Of a DNA stretch of 64,000 nt, positions 50,834 through 63,754 are shown piece by piece. The stretch spans positions 54,996,001 to 55,060,000 of the forward strand of contig NW_024704743.1 of the NCBI RefSeq assembly GCF_018977255.1. Direction: 5' to 3'. The stretch is from Callorhinchus milii (taxonomy: Eukaryota). The notes under the pieces were generated by a model. The model was given only the letters and a program-made list of their open reading frames with translations. It did not search any database and was not told the origin of the DNA. A program made the translations under genes and the position numbers. The number at the start of each line of letters is the position of its first letter. Position 1 is the first letter of the stretch.

Positions 50834-51036
50834 TTGGCATCGCACCCAATGGGTGTGAAGTCTAATTTGTGCTTGGTTCTGAAAATGAAGTTTTTGGTTC
50901 GAATCTCCAGGATGGATGGAGGCTGCAGTGGCGTTGCTATCGCAAATAACCCCAATTGTGGTGGGATTAATGAGCCATCTTTCCCCTTCCTGTTCTGTTC
51001 ATAAAGAAACTTCAATCTGCCTTGGAAATTCATAGC
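50834..51036 (-). CDS. AHR: AHR coding exon equivalent to exon 7 (end of PAS-A, start of PAS-B)
   Basis: Reads ttcttttag|GCT...CCAA|gtgagt, 203 nt. Translates to [67 protein letters not shown](K). Confidence 0.97.
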
Positions 51037-52120
51037 CTAAAAGAATATATCAGTTAGAAATCTGCCATTGTAGTATCAAATGCAGTACATATCCGACCAA
51101 TATTGCCGTCTGCGATAACTGAGGAAGTTCATCTGCTACAGTCCACAGACTTGTGTGACTGATCAACAGCAAGTAAGGTAAGCCTGTGCAAAGATTTCTT
51201 GTAAGTGGTACTGCATCGTAAACTCTGAACCAGTGAAATGGTTTCAATAAATCATTTTAACTGGAAAATGAAATTAATTTAAGTACTGTTATAGATTACA
51301 GAGCTAGGCTCAGTCAAACATCCATAATTATTGACTTGAGCTTTCCAGCACTAAATTGGATCTCAATCATTAGCAAAGGCCTTTAATACAGTTCAAAGTA
51401 TATTCATACATTTTCCATTGTACAACATCTGCAACGACTTTAAACAAAATGCATTTCAGTTCTGTATATTGGAAAGTAGAGCCATGGTAGCCTTTTGGAC
51501 TAGTGGGTAAAAGCAATAGACAAATCTGAACAAAAGGTTACAGCTTCAATTCCTAGTTGGTGGAACAGTCCATGGGAGGCTAGAATTGACTTTAATAGCC
51601 ATGATGATAAGGAGATAGAGAGAGAAGGGAAAAAAAGGGCTGCATTTCTGATGCTGACTGTGATCTGATGACCTCCAATAGGAAATATATGTGTTGGGGA
51701 CACGTTGAGTGACTTGCCTCTTGGGGAATGTTCAGCTAAAGAAGGTTTCAAACCTATAGGGGGGGTTGGGGGGGGGGGGGGGGTTGCTATTTTCCAAACA
51801 AAAACCCCCATTATCACTGTTGTTGCTGTTATTGTGTAAAATGAAGGCATTTTCCAGACTATAGAAAATGTGTATGAAACATCTGATCATTTTATAATAA
51901 AACTTAATTAAAAAAACATTAAACAGGTTCTATCAATCATTAATCTCAAACAGCCTTTATATTTCAGAGCTGCGTGACTGGAGCCTCTTATATTACTGAG
52001 GTTTTTGTTTGAGGCACAAAAGCCAACACATTTTCTAATCATTAAACCAATTATTTTTAAAAAAAAGTAGTTTGAAGACCAAAAGTGGCCCATAAATTAA
52101 ACACAAAAATGCCAAATTAC

Positions 52121-52251
52121 CAGAAATCCAGAGGAATTATCCAGGAGACATCGGAGCCTACAGACAAAGTTCCGTTCCAAAAACGGTGAGTTTTCTGGTG
52201 GAAGTTGCTCAGGATTGTAATGGGTGATTGACAAAGGAAGGCTATTTTCAC
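52121..52251 (-). CDS. AHR: AHR coding exon equivalent to exon 6
   Basis: Reads ttcatacag|GT...CTG|gtaatt, 131 nt, phase-compatible with its neighbours. Translates to (G)[43 protein letters not shown], containing the hallmark [14 protein letters not shown]. Confidence 0.97.
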
Positions 52252-52397
52252 CTGTATGAAGGGTATGGTTACATAAAAAGAAACAGTTAAACGTTTTACC
52301 ACATTAAACTTTAAAAAANTGTAATATTTATACAACACGTGTGCAGGTTCCAACAATGGTTTACAGCTTGAATCATCACTGGGCCAAGAATGTTAGA

Positions 52398-52590
52398 ACA
52401 ACAACAACAATTGCATTTATATAGCGCCCTCTACGCCGCGTGGCTTCTCAGAGCCCTTAACAAGGGCGGAGCCCGCGGCCGAGCCAGGGCGAGGGGGATG
52501 GTGACCGTAGGCGTTGTTGAAGAGGAAAGTCTTCTCCCATGACCTGAATATAGGGAACAAGGGGGCAAGGCGAAGGGGTTGAGGGAGGGA
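52398..52590 (-). mobile_element. L2 LINE short 3' end
   Basis: KTFLFNNAYG remnant, CpG-rich tail and (CAA)n on the plus strand. Confidence 0.75.
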
Positions 52591-53035
52591 CAAAACAACA
52601 AACCATCTTACACAGTAGTTCTGCATTCACAACAACAAATTGTTCAGGAGCACAACACCCTGATGAAACCTATTATGTAACGGAAACACTTGGTGAAGAA
52701 AAATAGTTTGGCTCCCAAACTTGTAGATGGCATAACATGACTAAGTCAAAAACAGTCACATTTTTCACACCATCACTCTCTTATTGTAATATTTATGTAC
52801 ATTTTTTTACGCAGAGTGTAATTAACAGCTGGAATGGGTTACCAGGAACAAGTGGGTTGATGTCAAGGCACTGAACTCACTTAAAAAAAACAAGTGTTGT
52901 CATGGTAGGGTTGGTATTCTGGAAGGACAAGATCAAATAAAGCGTAGTCTTTATCCAAAACGTTACCCATCGTGGTACAGCAGCAGACTACAGTCGGCAC
53001 TCCCAATCCGGCTAATTTATAGGGCCTCATACATA

Positions 53036-53545
53036 TCACACTCACTCACATGCAATCACTCAAGCATGAACGAGCCAAACTGACTCACTCACTCACTCAT
53101 TGATTGATTCACATGCCACATAAGGATAAGGGCCAGTCGGCAAAAGTGGTATTAACAGAATGCAGGTAATACTGTTAGGAACTTGAAAAATTTGTTGATA
53201 TGAGTGTGCTGATGTTCATGTTGACGTTTTCAGTAAATTTATAAGCCAAACAAGCCTAGCACGTGTCACACTCACTAATGTGTCACCAGCACTCATGTGC
53301 AATCACTCATGAACACATGAGCCACACTCACTCGATCATGCGAGGATAAGGGCTTCTCGGTTTAACTGGTAATAACAGAATGTAGGTAATACTGTTAGCG
53401 ACTTGAAAAATTTGTCGAAATAAGTATGCTGAAGTTTATGACATCGACAAACATGGTAAGACTTGTGTGTTGATATGCAGAGAAGAGACCTTTCTGCCAA
53501 TATAGGTGGGTTGTCGATATAAACGGGTTTAAGATAGGTGGGTAA
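53036..53545. repeat. Repeat with an internal ~220-bp tandem duplication; another copy at 13765-13940
   Basis: taacagaatg(c/t)ag(g/a)taatactgttag...acttgaaaaa occurs at about 53153, 53372 and 13775. Confidence 0.7.
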
Positions 53546-55387
53546 CACTATAATAGGGATTCAGCTTCAACACAATAATTTTCAGGCCCTCTGAAGCTAA
53601 ATCTAAATGTGAAGTCCTGCCGTAAGCCATAAATTATGAAGATTCTTCTACAACAAATGCCTTGGTCTCGCTCTACCCTACCTCAGCGATCTTACTCTCC
53701 CAGACATTCCATCCTCTCATGCTCTGCCTGCTCCACCCCATCATTACCTTCAATAAATTAGTTTTCAGTCACATTGCTCACCACCCTCTGAAACTCTCTT
53801 CCAAAATGTCCACCTTGCCCCTCACTTTCAGCTAGTGAAACCAGACTAAAAACATCTCTCTCCTACTGTGCTTTCTGCCACCTCCCACCTCCCTCCCAGC
53901 TCGAGCAATCTTGGCAAAAAAAACCTTGAGATGATCTTGTTATGTGATAGCAGTTATACGAGTTCAAGTTGCTGTTGTAATCAACTCCAAGATAGTCACT
54001 TGATAAATGGCAAGTGATAACCACAGAACCATTAATCCCTTCAGGACAGAAAGCCTGAGGAACAAAAGGACACAACAGCATAAAGCATTCCCCACCTTCT
54101 CAACTACAAATGACTGATATGTAGGTGAACAATTTTATAACAAATATTTGAAAGCCTCAATAACATCACTATTTTCACAAGACTGGGTATCCATTATTGC
54201 TGTACAAAGCACCTACTAATTTAAATGGAATATACAGACATTACTTTCAATAAGCATTTGAGAAGTAACAGTCAAAAATAGAAATAATTTTCCACACATA
54301 GCAAAAAGGTTACAGCATGCAACAGAATGGATGCCAGATGTTGAACTTCTGGCGAATCTTGTGATGATTGAAAGTTTAACAGGAGCAGAAGAGACCAAAC
54401 AAAATCACTGACATTTTTATTATAGTGAAATTATTGTCCAGGAAGATCACTGCAAACTAGAAATTCAATTCATGGCTCCAGCCCTGGTTGAAGAGTAAAA
54501 GTTGCACATGCAAACTAAGCATTCACTTCTGCTTCAGTTTGACACCACCAGACGAAAGTCTTCTGGCACTGTTGATGTGTTATTATTTGGTCAAATTTTT
54601 TAAAATGGAAAACGCAAGGATACAAGGTTTCACACTGTACATAATAAAAAACAACAAAAGACTTTTAGTAAAGTTTAGGATATGAGACACAGTGCAGAAG
54701 CATTAGTTAAGAGAGAGACTCAATCTTCAATATAGATCAATCTAAAACGTGTCTAGAGAAATTTCAGATTTACTTTATTAACTCATCATTTTGGAGAGTC
54801 CTGATTCAGTCTCAACTTTGAAGCTGTTTTCCTGTAGTTCTGAGAAGAATCTTAAAGAAAACCAGCTCAAAATTAGGACGGTATATAATAACTTGCAAAT
54901 TCTCTACACTCTGAAAGGCTGCAAAAATAGAGTAAATTTAGATCCAGGTGGAATATCTACACTATAGTTTCTAAGTCTATCAGTCCAAGGCAGCTATTGT
55001 CTCACGATTGATCTCTATGAACTCCATTGTGGAGAGTCTAAAAATTGAACACTGTAGATTGTCAGGAGCACAATAATATGACTACTTTGAAAGACCTCAT
55101 TGTTGAGCACGCTCTCTGATTGAATCAGCCTTTAAATATTTTGATTGGACAAAACACAGTGTTAGAGATGAGAGACCTTCCACTCTTTTTATCCTTCCAA
55201 ATAATGAAAGGACCTTTGGGTTAGCAAAAAAATCTGAAAGTGCCAAGTGTCAAATCTGAAAGTGCTACAGGTTGCTTGGGCTGGTCACAATAACTTTGTT
55301 TGTTGAGCACATCAAGCTATTTTGCACTTGTGTTATTTTCCCTCGTGTGACAATGAGCCTATCCTTGGACATGCAGAGAACAAACCA

Positions 55388-55601
55388 ATAATAATCCCTC
55401 CAAAAAACCAAAAACAATAATTAAATTGGTCATTTTCAATCTACGACTGTTTGTGGGACATTGCTGTGCGCAATTGGCTGCCGCGTTCGCCCACAAATAT
55501 ACAGTCAATTCACTTTACAGTGTGTTCTGTGAAGCTCTTTGGGACGTCCTCCCGACGTGAAAAGCGCTATATCAAATGCAAGGATTATTATTATTATTAT
55601 T
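55388..55601 (+). mobile_element. 5'-truncated young SINE
   Basis: Near-identical to the 3' two-thirds of 28099-28416, with (ATT)n tail. Confidence 0.9.
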
Positions 55602-55892
55602 AATGTGCTCAGAGGTCATTTTGTTTAATGGTTGATGGCCCTCCTTCCTAACATTCGATGTAACCATCACCATTAGGCTGTCACTAAGATCAGCATTGAA
55701 CTAGAAAGCAAATGCAATTCAGCAAAGTTGCTTGGTGTTACATATCCCAAATTGTCTTCTTTAAAACCTAGAAGCAACATTCAATTAAAGTAATTGCTTG
55801 TCTTAGAAGCAGCATTTTCAGGAGCACTTAGTTTTCTGACCGACAAAAGTTCAGTCAAAACCCACAAAACTCACTCAAGACCATATCTTTTG

Positions 55893-56013
55893 GGGTCAGT
55901 TGGGTATCTGACATGCGGAAACCCATCACCATGCTTAAGAGTATTCATATCAAACTGAGAATTCCATGCATCTCACCTACACTTGGAAATTCCAGAGATG
56001 AATTGTTGGAATG

Positions 56014-56047
<34 letters not shown>

Positions 56048-56386
56048 CCTTGCATTTGATATAGCGCTTTTCACGTCGGGAGGATGTCCCAAAGCGCTTC
56101 ACAGAACACACTGTAAAGTGAATTGACTGTATATTTGTGGGCGAACGTGGCAGCCAATTGCGCACAGCAGAATACACAATCTCTCCAATCCTGGAAGGAG
56201 TATCCTGCTTACCTAATTCCTGAAAGTATTAGGTGCAGGTTGGCAAGAGCGAAGGCTTGGAGACCCCAGTGTGTGCATTAGGATACTGCTTGAATCTAAC
56301 CAGCTAAAACTGCATAGCTTGCCATTTATATCACTGTCTGGCAAGCTTTCTCCCTGCTTGTCCATCTAGGACCACCCTACCTGTTA
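55893..56386 (+). repeat. Unclassified dispersed repeat copy (5' part, split by a SINE)
   Basis: ggtcagttgggtatctgac...caaactgagaattccatg...tcctgcttacctaattcc...ctggcaagctttc. Confidence 0.8.
56016..56170 (-). mobile_element. 5'-truncated young SINE inserted into the unclassified repeat
   Basis: (AAT)n followed by the reverse complement of the SINE 3' region. Confidence 0.9.
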
Positions 56387-57729
56387 GACCAGGTGGTCTT
56401 TGCACGTGCTTTGAAACTTAAACACGGGCACTGATTTATAGGGTGGATAATCAACATTACATTTAAAAATGGAAAACTTTTAAACACAATTGTGAAAACA
56501 TTCCCTTTAAAATACTTCAAAAGGAGATTTGATTTTTTATGTTTGTTGGTACTATTTATTTTTGCTAATACTAATTGTGGGAGAAAAATGATGCTTTAGA
56601 TTTACAACACTACCAATTTAGGTTTGCCCAGAATGTTCGAGGCATTACACACCAATGTTAACAGCTTAGAAAATGGACTTACTCCAGCACTTTAAAAAAT
56701 TATAGTATTTACCATCCAAGCATTCAGCAAACTGTACGGCATTTTTCATTTAATGACTGTTTACGAAAAAAGCCCACAAGTTGCAGACTGCTGCCATCTT
56801 GACTGAAAATAGTAACAATATTTTAGGATTGATTTTCCATTTTCTTATAAGCTTGACAAAGTAAAGTGGATAATGCCTACTGGAAGGAAAATAATGTGGA
56901 TGATTACCACGTCTTAGAACAGTTATACACCACAATAATGGATAAAATCAGTGAAGATGATGATAAAGAGACTTCTTTTTGGGGGAAAAAAAGGTTTTGC
57001 GGTTGTAAGAGTAAGATAGTCAGCTAAGGCTCCTGCAGTAATTCATGTAGCCCAGCATCCATACAAGGACACAATACCTAAATGGGTTAGTGCACTCACT
57101 CATGGTAAATCATGCAAGCCACATTAACTGAATTGCTGAACTCCAAAACAAATCTAATCTAGTGCTCTGTGGCATTCCAATACAAGTTTAGCGTGAAGCT
57201 CAATCAATACCGTTCAGGACTCCAGAGTATATAAAGACCTTTATTTTGGAATCCTTCTGAATTATGCCTTACTCTAAAGGAAACTTGCTTATACAATTGC
57301 ACCTTTTAATAACAGCTGCTGGCTAAATGAAATAAACATAGCAAGCTTCAGGTCACCCAATACCACTTTAGCTAGACTGCGTAAGCTGATCTTCTACTAT
57401 AGCCTGTGACCCAATGGGTGTCCTATTAATACTGCACATTTTGTGTTCTGTTGTAAAAATCATGTTTAATCAATGTGAAAAATTGCTTTGTAACTCCTCC
57501 CTGATATGATTGATCACAAACTGATTTTCTGGTTAAAAACACTTTGGAGGAGGTGATTCCACCAGGAAATTGATTTGCATCACTGCCGTGTGAATTCATA
57601 TCATCTGAAGTCTGACCCCTTAAAAACTTTAGATGATCAAATACATAAAACTCTCCTTAATGAGAATGACAAAATGATTAAGTACAAATGAGGTTTCCTG
57701 CTCCGAATTGCTCCACTGAGATCACATTC

Positions 57730-58155
57730 AGAGAGCGTGGGGGGCAGGGAGGGTAGGAGGGTGGCCGAAGGCATGGTCAAGCAGGAGGATTTTGAGACAT
57801 GCCTTGAAGGAGGCAAAGGAAGGAGCGAGGAGAAGGAAATGCGGGATGGAATTCCAAAGGGTGGGGGCAGAGAAGTTGAAGCCCAACCACCGATGGTGGG
57901 GTTGGCCTGCTGAGCAGAGGGAGCGGACAGTTTGATATGGGGCTAGCAGGTCACAGAGATAGAAGGAGGTAAGGCCATGGAGGACCCTGAACGCGAGGAT
58001 GAAAATTTTTAATTTGATCCTGAGGGATGGGGAGCCAGTGGAGCCAGGTGATAGGATTATGGAGCCTGGTGTGGGAAAAGACGCGAGCTGCAGAGTTCTG
58101 GATGACCTGCAGCTTGTGGAGGGAAGAGTTGGGAAGGCCGACAAGCAGGGAGTTG
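57730..58155 (-). mobile_element. L2 LINE 3' fragment (AHR intron 5)
   Basis: RIKLKIFILAFRVLHGL...SAPTLWNSIP...FKACLK remnant. Confidence 0.85.
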
Positions 58156-58284
58156 AATATAGAAACTATTCCTTAGTTTACACTGCATCCATAGTCCAAA
58201 CCACTAAAACTGTTCGCTGAAAAGTTAATAAAGATATAAACCTGACTTACAAGTTATTTGGCAAGCAATGCCGGAATTTGTAAT

Positions 58285-58702
58285 AACTATCCTTGCGTTT
58301 GGTATAGTGCCTCATCACATCGTCGAGATGCCTCAAAGCACTTCACAGGATTTACACTAAAGTGATGTGACTGTGTGCAAGTTGTGAGCGAACGTGGCAG
58401 CCAACATACACTCAGTAATGTTCCACAAACAGCAATGCAGTGAATGACTAATTTCATTTGGGGAGTTGTTGGCCAGGACACTGGGAGCAACTCCCTTCTC
58501 TTTATCGGCCACTTCGACAGGCAGGTGGACCTCGGTGTAATGCCCCATCCCAAAGAACGGCACCGCTGTACAATACAGCACACCCCAGCAATGCATTAGA
58601 ATGTCAGGATAGACTATTTGGGTTCCGCGTCCCGATGTGGGGCTTTAACCAACAACTTTCTGACTCAGAGGCAAGAGTGTTTCCAACTAAACCAGGCTGA
58701 CA
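58285..58702 (-). mobile_element. Deu-domain SINE (AmnSINE1/SacSINE1-like), near full length
   Basis: Reverse complement gives a tRNA-like head (ctctgagtcagaaagttg), the Deu core (gtgccgttctttgggatg...accgaggtccacctgcctg...gtgtcctggccaac) and the L2-like tail. Confidence 0.82.
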
Positions 58703-60764
58703 GGCAGCACAGACAAATGTATGTATAATGCAGAATACTGGTAACACACACAAAAATGCATCAATACAATCCCATTCAGCTGAGAATGCAGAATATGGCA
58801 GTTGTCTCACTTATGTGGAATATGAGATTTATTTCATGTACTTGAGAACAACTCCAGCAGAATGACTTTACTGGAAGCCATTGGTAGTTTAAAAATAAAT
58901 CAAACAGCTGTGTGTTTAACCATCCCACAACAAAAGTACTCAATCATCAGCTAAATAAGGAGCCAGTTCCCCACTCCTCCACACAAACACCAAGGTCAAG
59001 ACTACATATATTCCAACATGAGGATTGCTAAACATTCTGTAACGGTACTATTTACTACTTTGCACCAAAATAAGTAACAGATGAACATTATTTTACTATT
59101 ATGAGAGAAAAGGACTACTCCAGCAGTAGTCCAACTGGTGTCCCTAAATCTCAGCTTTTGACAACCTGTGCTTAACATTCCCCAGAATTAGGCAAATAGG
59201 GGGCTTCCCTCTGGGGATTGAGTGCACATTCCATTCTAGACATGGGAATTTCCAAGTGTAAGTGGAATACATTGGAACTCTGTCTGGTTTGGAAACTCTT
59301 AAGGGTGGGTATGGACTTCCTCATGTGTTAGTCACCCGACTGACAAACAAAAAAAGGAGCAGACACTAGTTTCAATTCACCAAAAATTCCAACTCAATCT
59401 ATGGTTTCAAAAGGAGGTTAGCAACGGGGTGAGAAAAGAAAGTACAGAGAGATTGATGGAAATACAACAGTAAACTTTTTTTCACCATTAGGCAAATATG
59501 GTAGTTAAAGCAACTGCTAAGCATCTTCATTGCACAGCTGAGAGTCAGGTCACACAGATGACAAAATGTTATCACTACTTAAAAATGTGCAAAAAACATT
59601 CAGAGAAGCATTTCTGCTGATCAAGGAAAGAGTGTCATTAACAAATTTTTGTCTGCCCACATACCCTGTTCAGTGCACAGAGGCTTTAAATACTTTTTCA
59701 GGTATTTTATCTCATCAAATAATTATACAAAAAGTGTTGGAAGACTTTTCATAATTAACTGTCTGGCGTCTCTGCCTACAAGTAGTCACTACATTTTACT
59801 GCCAATCTTGTGAAGCGCTTTGAGGCATCTTCCCTACATAAAAGATGCTATATCAATTGCAAGAATTATTATTAATCATGTAAAAGTGTAAATTTAAAAC
59901 TGCATCCCTTTAAAGACTGACATGCCATTTTAATTAAAACCAAATATTTTGGCCACATTGAAGATTTTATTATTGGAACCATATTCCTGACCTTATATTG
60001 GGATTTTGCCCATTTGCAAAAGAGTCAAAGCAAGCAGAGCTGTAAAGCCAAGCTGAGCTGTGCAAAGATTCAAGTAAATCAAAAACGAGACGTCAAATAA
60101 ATTGGTAGACAAAAATAAACTTGAATATTAGCAAAGAGAATGTTCAAGAAAATTATTTGCATCTCTCTTGTTGCTATATTTGTTGTAGAATGTGTTTATG
60201 TTCTCCTTTAAAAGATAAATGGGGCAGAAATACAGAGGATCAGTGTGAAGATTGAAGATAACTCCAGGATTATTTTAGCCAGTAATTCAAACTATATGGA
60301 GAGGTCAATTCAGCATGTGCTATGGAGCTACTCCATGAATTAAACACATACCTACACCTTGAGCAGAAAATGAATATAAAAATAGATAAGGCTTTGGTTA
60401 TTATTTTTGAGGAGCTCCACACACAATAGCTGTACCACAGGAGTGGAAGATAATACATATTATCCTGTTGAGACGAGCACATCACCAGGAAATACAGACT
60501 AACAAGCAGTAATATAAAATACTCAGGAACTAAAATAATAATAATCCTTACAGGATATACATATAGAGCCTTTCACAACAAGAGGTCATCTCAAAGTCCT
60601 TCACAGGATACACTGGAAAGTGGAGTGATTGTGTATTTTGTACACGGCAGCCAATTTACGCACAGCAGTGTCCTGCAAACGTCCATGAAGTAAATGACCA
60701 ATTTTATTTGAGGGAATTGTTGGCCAGAACACAAGGAGAATCTCCCTTCTCTTTTTCAGCTCTT

Positions 60765-61480
60765 TATGTCTGGGCAGATCAGTGGCAGATGAAATTCATT
60801 ATGGAGAAATGTACAGTACTTCACATGGGAACAAAAAAATACTGAAAGGGACTATTATTTGAATGGAAGGACAATAATATGCATGGAAAATGTAAAGGTC
60901 CTGGGAGTCCTGATTGACAATAAACTGAAGCTCTCTCAACAATGCTCTGTGTCAGTGAGTAAAGCAATCCAGATGTTGGGATGTATCAAAAGATCAATAG
61001 CAAGCCGAAATATTGAGGTAATCCTGACACTGTTTAAATCATTGGTGAGACCATACTTAAGAGTACTGTCTACAGTTCTGGTCTCCACAGTACAAAAAGG
61101 AAATGGGAGAAATCGAGAAGATAGAGAGAAGGGCAACCAAAATGATTGAGGGAATGGAAGGTCTGGACTATGAGGAGTGACTAAGTAAATTGGGCATGAC
61201 CACACTGGAAAATAAAAGATTGAGAGGCGACATGATTGTGGTCTTTAAGATTCTAAAGGGGCCCGACAATATAGATCATGACAGACTGTTTCAACTTCTC
61301 CAGAATAGTAGAACTAGAGGACATGGCCTGCAATTGAAGGGGTGTAAATTCAGAACGAATCTACACAAACACTATTTCAGTGAGCAAACAGTGAAGCAGG
61401 TTGAAGCAAAAACTCTTGATTCTTTCGAGGATAGTTTTCTTTTAGGAAATAACATTATGGGATATAATACGTAGATAGTT
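60765..61480 (+). mobile_element. CR1-clade LINE 3' fragment (AHR intron 5)
   Basis: WQMKF..EKCTVLH, KAIQMLGCIKRSI...LFKSLVRPYL, RLRGDMIVVFKILKG, SRTRGHGLQL. Confidence 0.9.
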
Positions 61481-61699
61481 TGGGACATATGTGCATACGA
61501 TCGCCAGGAAGGTGGAAGGCGAACTAACTTGATCTTTTTTCGTCTAGCATTTCTTATGTCCAACTGAACACGCAGAAGGGTGTTTGGATTAACGTCTCAT
61601 CTGAAGAAGGCACCTCCAATTATGTCGCACACTCCCAGCACTGCAACGGAGTAACAGCTATGTTGTCTATGAGATCCAGTCCCGACATGGGGCTTGAGG

Positions 61700-61940
61700 T
61701 GTCAGCTTGGCTCAGTGGCAGCACCCTCGCTACTGATTCAGAAGGATGTGGATTCAAATTCCACATTAAGACTTGAACTCACAAAGTCTGAGTTTACACT
61801 CCAACACAGTGCTGGGGTTGTGTTGCATTGTGGAGATGCCGTCCAGTCTGCCTGTTCAGTTGTACGTTAAAAGATCCTATGGCACTATTCAATTGGACAC
61901 TCATTCCATGGCTGTTTGTGCATCATCGCCTGGGCCAATA
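61700..61940 (+). mobile_element. Deu-domain SINE 5' part, head-to-head with a minus-strand fragment at 61560-61698
   Basis: gtcagcttggctcagtggcagcaccctcgc...ggattcaaattcc head followed by the Deu core. Confidence 0.72.
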
Positions 61941-62144
61941 GAAACTTGCGGCCGCACTTTTTTGCCTGAATCCATTATAAATACCTCCTCCATTACAAAC
62001 CTGCTATAATAAATGTAGTTTCTGGCCCGCGGGCCGCTTGCTGGTTACCTGAGGTCACTGTGGGCGGAGCCTCTCTGGAACCGCATCCGCGGCACTAGCA
62101 GCAAATTGGTTTCATTTGGAGGCCCCGCTGTTGTGATTGTCTTT

Positions 62145-62385
62145 GTATTTGTGAGTGTCTGTCGCTCTGTAATTGTGAGTGTTATGTGTGTATCTCTCTC
62201 TGTGTTTATGAGTGTCTGTCTCTTTGTGTTTGTGAGTGTATGTCTCTCTCTCTACCTGTGTGTGTGTATATCTCCGTGTCTATGAATGTGCGTGTGTCTC
62301 TCTCTAAGAATGTGTCTCTCTCTGTGTCTGTGAGTGTGTTTCTCTCTGAGTCTCTGAGTGTGTGTCTCTCTCTGGGTCTGTGTAT
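62145..62385. repeat. (TG)/(TC) compound low-complexity tract
   Basis: Seen directly. It explains the T/H/R-rich spurious ORFs here. Confidence 0.9.
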
Positions 62386-63149
62386 AGTGCTGTCCCTGAG
62401 AAGCAGGAGGTGGTGAGCTCCTGTAGATTCGCTGATGTTCCCCCCCACTAAAAAAGGCCACCCGGTTTATGTTAAAGACGTAATAAATTTTTTTGCAACA
62501 ATCTAATATGTGTTATATTCTTCTGTTTAGTTTTTATCAATAAAGTGAAAAAATGTAGGTTGGTGGTAAAATGTACCTCAATAGCATCAATCAACTCCCT
62601 GTAATTTTCTGCAAAATTTGGCAAAAACAGCCCTGCAATTTCCTGGAAAACCGGCAATTCTCCCTGCATTTTTGGGCAAACATTTCCGCAATTTTCTATC
62701 GTCCCAGGTCATTGCTGTGCATCATTGTGCTGCCGCATTTGCGTACAAATACAGTCAGTCCATTTCCCACTAATTCCCGTGAAGCACTTTGAGACCTCCT
62801 TCCAATGTGAAAAGGTGGCTATACCAAATGGAAAGATTACTATTGACCCTACATCCTTCTGATTCAGGGTGACTCAAAAGAAAGCTATTCATATTGATAG
62901 ATTTGGTGACTAGGTGCCAAGTATGGCAAATGTAATTTAATTTAACTTAATCAATGTGAGATAATGTATTTTGGCGATATCATAAAGATAGGAGTTGAAC
63001 ATGATTTAAATGAGGACATTCTGGAGCAACCAGTTAAAAAACGATTTAGAGAATGTAAACATACATGTACACAAACCAGAGGCTAGTACATTGGGTTTCG
63101 AGAGCTCTTGGCAGGGCAAATGGGATTTTGAGACTATTAGCTGCGACGT

Positions 63150-63450
63150 GCTTACCCTCCACGGCATTACCTGCCACATGCACTGACTTCAGCCTCTCGC
63201 ACGTCCCTCGTCCCCTCCACCAACGCCGGCTATGCGTACAGCCACTATGCCTTGAAACTATGGAACACACTGCCTCAATCCCTTTGCCTTGCCTCTTTTG
63301 TCTGTCTTCAGATCACAGCTGAAGACCTTCCTCTTGGTCTATGCCTCCGTCCACCTGCGCCCTCTCTCCAGCTCAGCGTCAAGCTCTGACAATGTTAAGC
63401 ACTCTGAGATGCTACCCTACATGAAGAGCGCAATGTAAATGCAAGTTGTT
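63150..63450 (+). mobile_element. L2 LINE 3' fragment
   Basis: Degenerate WNTLP...LKTFL-type coding remnant and tail aagcactctgag...gcgcaatgtaaatgcaag. Confidence 0.7.
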
Positions 63451-63630
63451 ATAGTGGTTGTGTGCATCTCTCTCTGACTTTCCCTCTCTCTTTTGCTGTC
63501 CCTTCAAAGTCCCCCCATAATTTTCACCATGTCTATTTGAGTGTCATTATGTTGGATATTGGTAAACAAATGAAATGCACTTTTTTGAAGCCTCTTTAAT
63601 TAAGTTGGAATATCAAAGAGACTCACTCAC

Positions 63631-63754
63631 CTTGCACGAGTTGGCCTGAGTCAGGGGTCGGGGCAGGATTCAGAGCCCAGTGAATCTGCCGACGGAATTC
63701 ACCTCTATCCTCTGTGTGGATCAGTTCAAAGACACTCTGATGGATAATATCAGA
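63631..63754 (-). CDS. AHR: AHR coding exon equivalent to human exon 5 (PAS-A)
   Basis: Reads ttcttcctag|TCT...CAAG|gtgagt on the minus strand, 124 nt. Translates to [41 protein letters not shown](G), matching [33 protein letters not shown]. Not in the ORF track. Confidence 0.96.

Noticed and set aside
51759..51783. G7-TT-G16 run in intron 6
   Set aside because: A simple homopolymer on the template strand with no further support; its length is also error-prone.
52319..52319. Ambiguous base n
   Set aside because: An intronic assembly ambiguity that does not affect exon 6.
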